Source of the DNA: Dehalococcoidia bacterium
Lineage (GTDB): Bacteria; Chloroflexota; Dehalococcoidia; Bin125
Assembly: GCA_963662615.2 (NCBI GenBank)
Contig: CAXXSR010000001.1
Location: forward strand, 1,152,001-1,216,000
Length of the DNA stretch: 64,000 nucleotides
Direction of reading: 5' to 3'
The notes under the pieces were generated by a model. The model ran no database searches. It worked only from the letters and a program-made list of their open reading frames with translations, and had not been told where the DNA came from. Numbering within the stretch: the stretch's first letter is position 1; every line of letters starts with the position of its first letter. Positions 22,034-34,123 of the stretch are shown one piece after another. The position numbers were made by a program, and so were the translations under genes.

Positions 22034-23956
22034 GTGACGACATCCCTCTCGGCTCAAGTCCAGGCGCTGCCGGAGCGACCGGGCGTCTACCTCTTCCGCA
22101 ACCAACGCGGCGGGGTCATCTACGTTGGCAAGGCCGCCAATCTGAAGGCGCGGGTGCGCTCCTATTTCGGCTCGCCGCGCTCGCTAGAAGGCAAGACACG
22201 CAATCTCGTCGCGAAGGTCGCCGACCTGCAATATGTCGTCACTAACACGGAGCAGGAGGCGCTCCACCTAGAGGCGACGCTGGTCAAGCGCCATCAGCCG
22301 CTTTTCAACGTCCGCCTCAAGGACGACAAGCACTACCCCTACCTCAAGATCGACGTCGACGAGCCGTGGCCGCGCGTCTACATCACGCGGCGGGTCGAGC
22401 GCGACGGGGCGCGCTATTTCGGGCCCTACGCCAGCGCCAAGTCCGTACGCACCACCCTGGACCTGGTGAAGAAGCTCTTTCCCTGGCGCTCCTGTACCAA
22501 GACCATCACGGGCACCGACCCCCGTCCTTGCCTGGACTACTACATCAAACGCTGCATTGCCCCCTGCACCTCCTTCTGCACGCCACAGGAGTACCGGGCG
22601 GTGATCGATCAGGTGATCCTCTTTCTGGAGGGGCGCACGGACATTGTGCTGCGAGAGCTCAAGCGTCAGATGTCGGAGGCGGCGGAGGGGCTGGCGTTCG
22701 AGCAAGCCGCTCGACTGCGGGACCAGATAGCCGCCGTGGAACGCGTGACCGAGACGCAGGTCATCGCCACCACGGAGGAGGCCGACATTGACGTCTTTGG
22801 CCTGGCGCAGGACGGGAATGAGGCCGTGGGGCAGGTCTTGTTCATTCGCGGGACGAAGATGACGGGCGGCGACCACTTTTCGCTCGTCGGTACCGATGAG
22901 GAAGCGCCTGAGAACGTCCTGAATTCACTCCTGACACAGTTCTACGAGAGCGCCGCGACGGTCCCCCGCCAGGTGCTGCTGCCCCACGACGTCGCGGAAC
23001 GTCCCCTGCTGGCGGCCTGGCTCAGCGCCAAGCGGGGACGCGCCGTGGAGCTGCGGGCGCCCACGCGAGGGGAGAAGCGCCGGCTGGTCGCGATGGCATC
23101 CGACAACGCCCGCGAGGCGCTAGAGATGACGCGGGTGAAATGGATGGCCGATGCCGGCAAGATCAGCGCTGCCCTGGCGGAGCTGGAGGAGGCGCTGGCG
23201 CTGCCCGCGCAGCCCCGTCGCGTGGAGTGCTACGACATCTCCAACACCCAGGGCAGCAACTCGGTCGCCAGCATGGTGGTCTTCCTGGACGGGCAGCCCG
23301 CGCCGCGAGAGTACCGGCGCTTTGAGATCAAGACGGTGGCGGGAGCCGACGATTTCGCCTCCATGGCCGAGGTGCTGGAGCGGCGGTTCAAGCGGCTGGG
23401 CAAGGATCGCCAGGCAGCGCGCGACGCGGCTGCGGCCGTTGCCGCCGACGGGGGCGAGGCCAAGGCCGCGCCGGAGCGCGAGAGCGAAGCGGACGACACG
23501 GAGGCGCCACGCCGTCTGCTGGGTTGGGGAGCGGTGCCGGATCTGGTCATCGTCGACGGCGGCAAGGGGCAGCTGTCCGCAGCCCACGACGTCCTCCGCA
23601 ACCTGGGCGCGGACGACGTCCCCCTAGCGGGGCTGGCCAAGCGCGCGGAGGAGCTTTTCGTCGTGGACAGCAAGGAGCCGATCCGGCTCGATCGCCGCTC
23701 GCAGGGGCTCTACCTCGTCCAGCGCATCCGTGATGAGGCGCACCGCTTCGCCATTGGCTACCACCGTACCTTGCGCAGCAAACGCGGTATGCGCAGCGCT
23801 TTGGACTCCGTGCGAGGCGTGGGCCCGACGCGCAAGAAGGCCCTGCTGCGCCGCTTCGGCAGCGTCAAGGCGATCCGCGAGGCAGAGGTGGATCAACTAG
23901 CGGCCGTCCCAGGCCTGACGCGGCGCGTCGCCAACGAGATCAAAGAGCAGCTGTAG
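22034..23956 (+). CDS. uvrC: Excinuclease ABC subunit C
   Basis: GVY..IYVGKA.NL..RV.SYF, DDKHYPY, ECYDISN, VDGGKGQL, RDEAHRFA, HhH. Confidence 0.97.
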   Translation: MTTSLSAQVQALPERPGVYLFRNQRGGVIYVGKAANLKARVRSYFGSPRSLEGKTRNLVAKVADLQYVVTNTEQEALHLEATLVKRHQPLFNVRLKDDKHYPYLKIDVDEPWPRVYITRRVERDGARYFGPYASAKSVRTTLDLVKKLFPWRSCTKTITGTDPRPCLDYYIKRCIAPCTSFCTPQEYRAVIDQVILFLEGRTDIVLRELKRQMSEAAEGLAFEQAARLRDQIAAVERVTETQVIATTEEADIDVFGLAQDGNEAVGQVLFIRGTKMTGGDHFSLVGTDEEAPENVLNSLLTQFYESAATVPRQVLLPHDVAERPLLAAWLSAKRGRAVELRAPTRGEKRRLVAMASDNAREALEMTRVKWMADAGKISAALAELEEALALPAQPRRVECYDISNTQGSNSVASMVVFLDGQPAPREYRRFEIKTVAGADDFASMAEVLERRFKRLGKDRQAARDAAAAVAADGGEAKAAPERESEADDTEAPRRLLGWGAVPDLVIVDGGKGQLSAAHDVLRNLGADDVPLAGLAKRAEELFVVDSKEPIRLDRRSQGLYLVQRIRDEAHRFAIGYHRTLRSKRGMRSALDSVRGVGPTRKKALLRRFGSVKAIREAEVDQLAAVPGLTRRVANEIKEQL

Positions 23957-24342
23957 GGCGCTCGTGCGGCCGCGTCAGGCGCCGCAGCGGCTCTCTCTCG
24001 GCGCTGCGCCCCGGCATCCCCAGCCCGCCCAAAAGGGCTCGACCCTGACGCCAATTTATGTATGTTATGGTCGGCGGAGCGGCCGGTTTGGCGCCAGTGA
24101 TCGGGAACACGCCGCATGCGTTTGAACCGCTCGCTGCGCGGCCGGCGCGGCCGGGGGCACCGTGCGGAGGGCTCTTGCCGGCGCGATGCCCGTGGCGCGG
24201 GTGTCGTGGCCCCAGAAAGATTTTCCGGGGAAAGTGTGGATAGCCCGTGCACATCGGCTTGTGAGTCTGGAAGGGCCATGCGTATGATGCCGCCGATTAT
24301 CCCCGGGGCGGATCCTCCATCCGAATTTGAGGTAGCGCGCTG

Positions 24343-26711
<2,369 letters not shown>

Positions 26712-26785
26712 CGAGGGTCGCGGAGCGCTGCCCGTAATCCGACGCGCGAGGGGCGGCGGAAGGGCGCGCTCATGCTGACGGTCGC

Positions 26786-27709
26786 ATGACGGGCGACGCA
26801 GGGAACGAGGCGGACTCTCCACCCGCGGCCGGCGACACGGGCGCCGCGCTGCCGCGGGTCTCCCCGATCACCTTCCCAAAGGCCGATCCGGCCGTGGGCA
26901 AGCCGGACGAGACGCAGCCGCAGGCGGTCCGGGATGCCTACCGCGAATGCACCTTCGCGCTGGGGCCGGAGATGGGCTGGCTGCTGGACGCCCTGCGTCT
27001 CCAACGCCAGATCGTGGAGCAGAGCTACCCAAGCAAGTTCCGTAGCCACCGCTACGCGGCCGCCCTTCTCTACTGGTCACGCATCTACAACACCGCTGTA
27101 GAGCTGCTGCGCCTCACCTCCTGGGCGGCGTACACCACCGCGCCGCCCTTGGTGCGGGCCTCGCTCGACTGGCTGGCGGCTGAACACGCGGTCGTGGGCA
27201 GCGAATTTTCGGAATTTGAGGCGTGGTTGCGAGCGGCATACGAGCCCGACCGCGAGCACTCCGCCACCAACGTCGGCATGGGCCAGTACATGGCCGGCCA
27301 GCAGATCGCGATGCGCAAGGAGTTGGCGGCCATCTATCGGGCGGCGGCGGATCTGTCGCGTCCGCACTTCGGCGCCTCCGCGCTGGTGGTGGCGCCCGAG
27401 TCGGACCGGAGGAAGCTGGCGGTGCACTGGGGGGACCAGTCCTTCCACTTCGGCTGGGCACAACTCCTCTTCGGTTGGCAGGTGGCGATCCAGCAGCAAC
27501 AGTTGCGCTTTGCCGTGGGACGACGCCTGTTCGCAGTGGAGCGCGAGGAGCGAGAGCGCTTCCAGGCGCTGGGCCGGCAGTCCGACACCCTGCTCGGGGC
27601 TCGCGACCGCTGTCGCGCCGAATGGGTCAGCGAGGGCGGGCGCCAGCGGCTCTTGATCCACAACTTTCGGCGCCAACCATCGGGCGCGCCCCGGCGGATC
27701 TTGCTCTGA
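26786..27709 (+). CDS. Hypothetical helical protein
   Basis: 307 aa ORF with host-like codon use between eno and gap. Confidence 0.75.
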   Translation: MTGDAGNEADSPPAAGDTGAALPRVSPITFPKADPAVGKPDETQPQAVRDAYRECTFALGPEMGWLLDALRLQRQIVEQSYPSKFRSHRYAAALLYWSRIYNTAVELLRLTSWAAYTTAPPLVRASLDWLAAEHAVVGSEFSEFEAWLRAAYEPDREHSATNVGMGQYMAGQQIAMRKELAAIYRAAADLSRPHFGASALVVAPESDRRKLAVHWGDQSFHFGWAQLLFGWQVAIQQQQLRFAVGRRLFAVEREERERFQALGRQSDTLLGARDRCRAEWVSEGGRQRLLIHNFRRQPSGAPRRILL

Positions 27710-27789
27710 GGCCCCGGCCGAGCGACTGCTCCCGCTTGTTGCGAGAGGGCAGGCATTCTGGGACGCTGCAACGCGTGGAGGGGAACGCC

Positions 27790-28812
27790 ATGGCCACGAA
27801 GATCGGCATTAACGGCTTCGGCCGCATTGGCCGGCAGGTCCTGAAGGGCATCCTGGATTTTCACCGCGACGATCTGCAAGTGGTGGCGATCAACGACCTG
27901 ACCGATCCCGAGACCAACGCGCATCTTTTCAAGTACGACAGCAACTACGGCCGCTACCCCGGCGAGGTCGCGGTGGAGAGCGGCGACCTTGTCATCGACG
28001 GCGACCGCATCGTGGTGCTGGCGGAGCGCGACCCGGCGGCGATTCCCTGGGGCGATTACGGCGTCGAGATCGTCGTCGAGTCGACCGGCTACTTCACGGA
28101 CGGCGCCAAGGCGCGCGGTCACCTCAACCGCGGGGCCAAGAAGGTAATCATCTCCGCGCCCGCCAAGAACGAGGACCTGACCGTGGTGCTGGGCGTCAAC
28201 GACGACCGTTACGACCCCGCTCAGCACGACGTGATCTCCAACGCCTCTTGCACGACCAACTGCCTGGCGCCCGTCGCGAAGGTGCTGGATGAGACTGTTG
28301 GCATCAAGAGCGGCGTGATGTCCACCATCCATGCCTACACGAACGATCAGGTGGTCTTGGACACGGTGCAGAAGGACCTGCGGCGGGCGCGGGCCGCCGC
28401 CCTGAACATCATCCCCACCAGCACCGGGGCGGCGCGGGCCGTGGGGCTGGTGCTGCCCCACCTTGACGGCAAGCTCAACGGGATGGCGTACCGCGTGCCC
28501 ACCAGCACCGTCTCCGTGGTTGACCTGACCGTGGACGCTGAGCACGGCACCAGCGTGGAGGCGGTCAACGAAGCCTTCCGCAAGGCGGCGACGGACCGCG
28601 AATCGCCCCTCTACGGCATCCTCGCCTACGAGGAAGAGCCGCTGGTCAGCAGCGACTTCAAGGGGCACCCGGCCAGCGCCATCGTCGACGGACTCAGCAC
28701 CATGGTAGTGGGAGGCACCTTGGTAAAGGTCGTGGCCTGGTATGACAACGAATGGGCCTACAGCGTCCGCACCGGCGATCTGTGCGCCAAGATCGGCGAG
28801 CTGGGGCTGTAG
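27790..28812 (+). CDS. gap: Glyceraldehyde-3-phosphate dehydrogenase type I
   Basis: [28 protein letters not shown]; RBS GGAGGGG. Confidence 0.98.
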   Translation: MATKIGINGFGRIGRQVLKGILDFHRDDLQVVAINDLTDPETNAHLFKYDSNYGRYPGEVAVESGDLVIDGDRIVVLAERDPAAIPWGDYGVEIVVESTGYFTDGAKARGHLNRGAKKVIISAPAKNEDLTVVLGVNDDRYDPAQHDVISNASCTTNCLAPVAKVLDETVGIKSGVMSTIHAYTNDQVVLDTVQKDLRRARAAALNIIPTSTGAARAVGLVLPHLDGKLNGMAYRVPTSTVSVVDLTVDAEHGTSVEAVNEAFRKAATDRESPLYGILAYEEEPLVSSDFKGHPASAIVDGLSTMVVGGTLVKVVAWYDNEWAYSVRTGDLCAKIGELGL

Positions 28813-28885
28813 GTCCGCGCGCGCCACCGCGAATGGGGCGGCGGGCAGATCGCCGGGCCCGCGACGCCCGCGTACACTACGACTG

Positions 28886-30220
28886 ATGTTCGAGAACCTG
28901 ACCGACAAGCTACAGGGCGCCTTCGGCCGCCTGGGCCGGCGGGGCACGCTGAGCGAGAAGGACCTGGACGAGGCGCTGCGCGAGATCCGCCTGGCGCTGC
29001 TCGAAGCCGACGTCAATTACAAAGTCGCGCGCGACTTCGTCAAGGCGGTGCGGGAACGCGCGCTCAGCGAGGACGTCCTCAAGAGTGTGACGCCCACGCA
29101 GAAGGTGATCGGCATTGTCAATGGCGAGTTGGTGCGGCTGTTGGGCGGATCGGCGCCCAAGCTCCAGCGATCGTCGCAGCCGCCAACCGTGATCATGCTG
29201 GTGGGGCTGCAGGGATCGGGGAAGACGACTACCGGCGCCAAGCTGGCCCTGCGGATGCGCCGCGGCGGCGACCGGCCGCTGCTGATCGCCGCGGACGTGT
29301 ACCGGCCCGCGGCCGTTGAGCAGTTGCGGCAGTTGGGCAAGCAGCTCGACATCGCCGTGTACGACGAGGGCACGGACGCGTCCCCGGCGGACATTGTTGC
29401 CAATGGCCTCAAAGAGGCGAAGCGCATCGGGGCCGCCGTCGTCATCATCGATACGGCCGGCCGCCTCCACATCGACAAGGAGATGATGGCCGAGATCGCG
29501 GACCTCAGAGAGCGCTTTCAGCCCAGCGAGGCGCTGCTGGTGGCCGACGCGCTGTCCGGGCAGGACGCCGTCAGCGCCGCCCAGGCGTTCCATGACGCCG
29601 TGAACATTAGCGGGGTGATCTTGACCAAGATGGACGGTGACGCCCGCGGCGGCGCGGCGCTCTCGATTCGCGCCGTCACCGGCGCGCCGATCAAGTTCCT
29701 CGGCACCGGGGAGAAGGCGGACGCACTGGAGCCGTTTCACCCCGACCGGCTGGCCTCGCGGATCCTAGGGCAAGGCGACATGGCCACGCTGGTGGAACGG
29801 GCCCAGGAGGAATTCGGGCAGCAGGACGCCAAGAAGATGCAGCGCCGGATGCGCGACGGCACGTTTGGGCTGGATGACTTCGTTGAGCAGGTGGAGAAGG
29901 TGCGGAAAATGGGGCCGCTCAGCCAGGTGCTGGGGATGATCCCAGGGCTCGGGAACCTCCGCCACCAGCTGGACAGCGAGGATATGGACGGCGAGTTCTT
30001 CACGAGAGTGAATGCGATGATCTCGTCCATGACGCCGGAAGAGCGGCGCAAGCCGGAGATCATCAACGGGAGCCGGCGCCGGCGCATCGCGGCGGGCAGC
30101 GGCGCCACGATCCAAGATATGAACCAGCTGTTGAACCAGTTCAAAGAAGCCAAGAAGATGATGAAAGCGATGGCCGACGGACGTTTGGGCCAGTTCGCCG
30201 CGCCCGGCGCCCGTGGTTAG
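28886..30220 (+). CDS. ffh: Signal recognition particle protein Ffh
   Basis: MFENLTDKL, ALLEADV, GLQGSGKTT, DTAGR, TKMDGDARGG, SRRRRIAAGSG. Confidence 0.97.
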   Translation: MFENLTDKLQGAFGRLGRRGTLSEKDLDEALREIRLALLEADVNYKVARDFVKAVRERALSEDVLKSVTPTQKVIGIVNGELVRLLGGSAPKLQRSSQPPTVIMLVGLQGSGKTTTGAKLALRMRRGGDRPLLIAADVYRPAAVEQLRQLGKQLDIAVYDEGTDASPADIVANGLKEAKRIGAAVVIIDTAGRLHIDKEMMAEIADLRERFQPSEALLVADALSGQDAVSAAQAFHDAVNISGVILTKMDGDARGGAALSIRAVTGAPIKFLGTGEKADALEPFHPDRLASRILGQGDMATLVERAQEEFGQQDAKKMQRRMRDGTFGLDDFVEQVEKVRKMGPLSQVLGMIPGLGNLRHQLDSEDMDGEFFTRVNAMISSMTPEERRKPEIINGSRRRRIAAGSGATIQDMNQLLNQFKEAKKMMKAMADGRLGQFAAPGARG

Positions 30221-30243
30221 TCGCGCACCCGCGAGGGACTGCA

Positions 30244-30275
30244 GCGCCGCATGACAGTGGCGCCGCATGACAGTG
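30244..30275. repeat. 16 bp tandem duplication upstream of rpsP
   Basis: GCGCCGCATGACAGTG x2. Confidence 0.9.
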
Positions 30276-30324
30276 GCGATAGCTGGTGGCGGCCGTGCCC
30301 AGCCGCACGAGAAGGAGTGACGAC

Positions 30325-30675
30325 GTGCTGAGGATACGACTTACTCGGACCGGCCGGCGGAAGCAGCCACGCTATCGCGTCGTGATTGCGGAGAGCGCCG
30401 CGCCGCGTGACGGCCGCTTCCTGGAGATCGTAGGGCACTACGATCCGATGGCCGATCCGGCGGTCGCGGAGGTGAAAGCCGACCGCGTGGAATATTGGCT
30501 CTCCAAGGGAGCACAGCCCAGCGAGACCGTCCACCGGCTGCTGGCGCGGCAGGGGCTGATGGCTCCGTACCAGTCCAGGCGGCGTCAGCCGGGCCCAACG
30601 GCCGAACGGGAACGCCCGCAGAAAGCGGAGGCCGCCGCCGAAGTTGTGGCCGCATCGGACGAGGCTGGGGAGTAA
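30325..30675 (+). CDS. rpsP: 30S ribosomal protein S16
   Basis: LRIRL.R.G...P.YRVV...PRDG..LE.VG.Y.P, W...GAQPSETV; RBS AAGGAG. Confidence 0.96.
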   Translation: MLRIRLTRTGRRKQPRYRVVIAESAAPRDGRFLEIVGHYDPMADPAVAEVKADRVEYWLSKGAQPSETVHRLLARQGLMAPYQSRRRQPGPTAERERPQKAEAAAEVVAASDEAGE

Positions 30676-30681
30676 GCAAGC

Positions 30682-30909
30682 ATGCGGGAACTCATTGAGT
30701 ACATCGCCAATTGGGTCGTGGACGATCCCGAGGCGGTGCGTGTGGAGGAACGGCAACGGAACGATCGCGTCGTCATCCACCTTGAGGCGGGTCCGCAGGA
30801 CATGGGCCGCTTGATCGGCCGCGAGGGCCGCACCGCCAACGCAATGCGGACACTCCTGAAAGTCGCCGCCAATATGCGCGATCGTACGGCCTCGCTCGAG
30901 ATTCGCTGA
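30682..30909 (+). CDS. khpA: KH-domain RNA-binding protein KhpA
   Basis: DMGRLIGREGRTA..RTL; conserved rpsP-khpA-rimM order. Confidence 0.92.
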   Translation: MRELIEYIANWVVDDPEAVRVEERQRNDRVVIHLEAGPQDMGRLIGREGRTANAMRTLLKVAANMRDRTASLEIR

Positions 30910-31463
30910 TGCCGCTGCGCGCCGCGAAGCGCCCGCGGCCGTTCGTACAGCCGCGAGAGGGGTACCGCGCCGTTGGCCGCGTGGAACGGCCTTGGGGGCT
31001 TCGGGGCCATGTCAAAGTGCTGCCCCTCACGGACTTTCCCGAGCGCCTCACCGTGGGCGCACGCGTCTTCATCGCCGGGACGCCGCGCGAGGTGGTCGAC
31101 GCTCGCTGGCAGAAGGGACGCGCGTACGTCCTCATGCAAGGCATCGCGGACACGGAGGCGGCGGAGGCGCTGCGCGGTGCCTTGCTGGAGATCCCGGACG
31201 ACGAGCATCCTCACTTTGCCGCAGACGAGTTCTACGTAGACGACATTGAAGGGTGCGCGGTTCGCACACTCACGGGAGAGCTCCTGGGCACCGTTCGCGA
31301 GGTGCTCCAACCGGGCGCGAACGACGTTTACGTGGTGTCGCGGCCGGGCAAACGTGATCTCCTCATCCCCGCCGTCCGCGACGTGGTGCGGCGGGTCGAC
31401 CCGAAGGCGCGGACGGTGACCGTCGATCTCCCCGACGGGCTCGATCCAGATGCCGGCGATTGA
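30909..31463 (+). CDS. rimM: Ribosome maturation factor RimM
   Basis: VG....PWGLRG.VKV...TDFPER, EFY..D..G, GANDV.VV, LLIP. Confidence 0.95.
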   Translation: MPLRAAKRPRPFVQPREGYRAVGRVERPWGLRGHVKVLPLTDFPERLTVGARVFIAGTPREVVDARWQKGRAYVLMQGIADTEAAEALRGALLEIPDDEHPHFAADEFYVDDIEGCAVRTLTGELLGTVREVLQPGANDVYVVSRPGKRDLLIPAVRDVVRRVDPKARTVTVDLPDGLDPDAGD

Positions 31464-31523
31464 CCAGCTTCGGCGGCGGTCTGTAGCCTGAAAATGCGGC
31501 CGGAACCGGGCGCGGGTTCCCGT

Positions 31524-31599
31524 GGGGATATAGCTCAGTTGGGAGAGCGCGGCGTTCGCAACGCCGAGGTCGGGGGTTCGAGCCCCCCTATCTCCACCA
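31524..31599 (+). tRNA. tRNA-Ala(CGC)
   Basis: GGGGATATAGCTCAG...TTCGCAA...CCACCA, G3:U70. Confidence 0.96.
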
Positions 31600-31726
31600 T
31601 CCCTGCTGACGCCCGCGACCCGTGCAGGTCCGCTTGGCTCCCACGCATTGGATCTTTGTCCGGCAGGGTCGCATAACGGCCACGCCAGTTCGCCGCGCTG
31701 TCCGACGCGGACACGGGAGGGCGGCC

Positions 31727-32767
31727 CTAAGCGATCAGCGCGAGCCCCACCACTGCGATCACCGTGCCCACCGCAACCCAGAGCGTGATCCGCTCTTTGA
31801 GAAAAAGCGCTCCCAGGGGGAGGGCGATGAGCGGGGAGGCGGAAAAGATCACGACCGTTTGACCCGTTCCAACCTCGTCCAAGGCGAAAATGAAGAGGAT
31901 GCCTGCGAGACCCTGCGCCATCATCCCCGACAGGACGAGCACCAGGAGGGCGCGTCGCGAGAGGCTGCGAAGGCGCACCCGGGACTGTGGCCGCGCGGCG
32001 GCGATCATGCCAAGAAGGGCCGCGGCCACAGGGAGCCGGATCATGGTCGCCGCCACAGCATCAAACCCTTCCGCGGCGCTGCGAAGCCACACGGTGCCGG
32101 ACCCCCAGACCAGCCCCGCCGCGATCGCCAACGTCACGCCCAAGCCCAGCCCGGTTCTGACCGCGGGCAGAAAGGGCAACCGTACCTCCCCGCTGCCGTG
32201 GGGAGCGTTCGTCGCTGCCTGCCCCGCCGGGTTCACCCTCTCCTGTCCGAGGCCAACGGGCCGGATTCGCGGCTGGGGCAACCGCCATCCGCGCCGTGCG
32301 CCGGGGGCGGCGTCCGGCGAACGGAGCAGTCGCGGCCGACCGTAGAGAGTGACCAGGTAGACGCCCAGCAAGACCAGAGCGGCGCCGAGGCCCACATCCC
32401 AGGTCACCTCTTCGCCGAGCAGGATCGCGGCGAGAAGAAAGGCCGAGGTGTTGTAGATCCCCACCACCGTAGTGAAGGCACGCGCCATGCCGATCACGGC
32501 GACGGCCGCCACGAAGAGGGGCTCGCCGATCGTGAGCGTAACGAGTCCGGTCGCCGCCAACTGCAGGAGGTCGCTGGCGTTCATGCGCCCCACGTCGCCG
32601 GCGGCGCCCAAGGCAAACAGGGCGACGACGAGGAAGATGACCGCGGCGAGCCCACGCAGTGCACTCGCCGAGAGCGCGTCCGTGGCCCGCACCTGTGAGG
32701 CGAGCAGCACGTTTGAAACCGCCCAGGCCACGGATCCGGCGATCGCCGCGATGATTCCCACAGTCAC
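31727..32767 (-). CDS. DMT/EamA family transporter
   Basis: Two 5-TM EamA repeats ending LLGEEVT and FLKERIT. Confidence 0.88.
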   Translation of the reverse strand: MTVGIIAAIAGSVAWAVSNVLLASQVRATDALSASALRGLAAVIFLVVALFALGAAGDVGRMNASDLLQLAATGLVTLTIGEPLFVAAVAVIGMARAFTTVVGIYNTSAFLLAAILLGEEVTWDVGLGAALVLLGVYLVTLYGRPRLLRSPDAAPGARRGWRLPQPRIRPVGLGQERVNPAGQAATNAPHGSGEVRLPFLPAVRTGLGLGVTLAIAAGLVWGSGTVWLRSAAEGFDAVAATMIRLPVAAALLGMIAAARPQSRVRLRSLSRRALLVLVLSGMMAQGLAGILFIFALDEVGTGQTVVIFSASPLIALPLGALFLKERITLWVAVGTVIAVVGLALIA

Positions 32768-32932
32768 CTCTCCCCCGCCGAGATGTCCTCAACGTGCGCC
32801 TGGGCGGGCGAGCGGCGGCGCGGGGCATCCGGCGGCAAGGAGGGGTCGCGGGACGTCCACCGTCAGCTTAGTAGGCGGTTTCTGGCAGGCGCCAGCGGGC
32901 GCCGCGGGCGTTCCATGGAGATCGGCGCGGCT

Positions 32933-33901
32933 CTAGAACCAGTTCGCCTTGTCCACAACGTTGCGAAGCGGCTCGCCGGCGTCAAAGCGGCGACAGTTGT
33001 CGATGAGGAGGTCAATCCGCCGCTCGTCGAGGAAGGGGCCATGCCAAGCCACATGCGGGGTGAGGATCACATTTGGCGCCGACCAGAGCGGGTGGTCGGG
33101 CGGCAGCGGTTCGATCTCGAACACGTCTAGTGCAGCGCTGCCGATCTCGCCCGCGCGCAGCGCCTGATTCAGGTCGTCCAGCCGCACCGTCGCGCCGCGG
33201 CCGATGTTGATCAGAAAGGCGCCACGCTTCATCCGTCCGAGACGCGCGGCGTCGATCATTCCCTCAGTCTGAGGCGTATGCGGCGCCGTCAGAATCACGA
33301 AGTCGGCGTCGGGCAGGAGGCGGTCGAGCGCTTCCGGTCGGTGAAGCGCCGCCACCCCCTCGGGCGCATCCTCCCGGCGCGGATCGACGCCCAGCACACG
33401 CATGCCGAAGAGCGCGCAGAGCCGGGCCGCTTCAGCGCCGATGCCGCCCACGCCGACGATCACCGCGAGGGACTCGGGCAGGTACACCGTGGTGGCGTCC
33501 CGGGGCTGAGGATTCCATTGGTGGGCGAACTGCTGGGGGAAATAGATGTGCAGCCCGCGCGCGAATGCCAGGACGAAGGTCATAATCTGCACGCCAATGT
33601 GGTCGCTAAAGATCCCGCGCGGGTTGGTGACGACCACGGGGTGGGCGAGCAGCTCCGGCGAGTAGTAGCCGGCAGGTGGGCCGGCCAGCGCCGAATGAAG
33701 CCAGCGGAGTTTTTCGGCGACCGCCAGGGCAGCCGCGGGAACCGCTCCGTAGGCGGCATCCGCGTCCACGATCTCGCGTCGCGCTTCCTCGTCCGTTGCG
33801 GGCGCCACAACGGCGATGCCGGGGACAGCGGCCTCAAGACGCGAGAGCCAGCCAGGTGTGACCTCGCTTTGAGGCGGCATCATTACCAACTTGAACGCCA
33901 T
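32933..33901 (-). CDS. D-2-hydroxyacid dehydrogenase
   Basis: GVGGIG, NIGRG..V, LDVFEIEPL, TPHVA. Confidence 0.93.
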   Translation of the reverse strand: MAFKLVMMPPQSEVTPGWLSRLEAAVPGIAVVAPATDEEARREIVDADAAYGAVPAAALAVAEKLRWLHSALAGPPAGYYSPELLAHPVVVTNPRGIFSDHIGVQIMTFVLAFARGLHIYFPQQFAHQWNPQPRDATTVYLPESLAVIVGVGGIGAEAARLCALFGMRVLGVDPRREDAPEGVAALHRPEALDRLLPDADFVILTAPHTPQTEGMIDAARLGRMKRGAFLINIGRGATVRLDDLNQALRAGEIGSAALDVFEIEPLPPDHPLWSAPNVILTPHVAWHGPFLDERRIDLLIDNCRRFDAGEPLRNVVDKANWF

Positions 33902-34123
33902 CACCCGTCCCTTTCCTTCATTACCGCTCCCGATGAAGAGTGAGCGGGGCCGCCCAATGATCGCGCCGGCGACGCCCGAATGCCAATCGTCCTTGTTCCT
34001 CGCTTTGCGTGATCGGCGTCACCCCAGCGAATCGCGGCGAGAGACGGGGGAGACGGGGGAGCCGGGCGGCCGGACGGGCCGTCGCAGGCGGTTCGAGGTG
34101 GGATCGGAAACGCGCGAGTCCGA

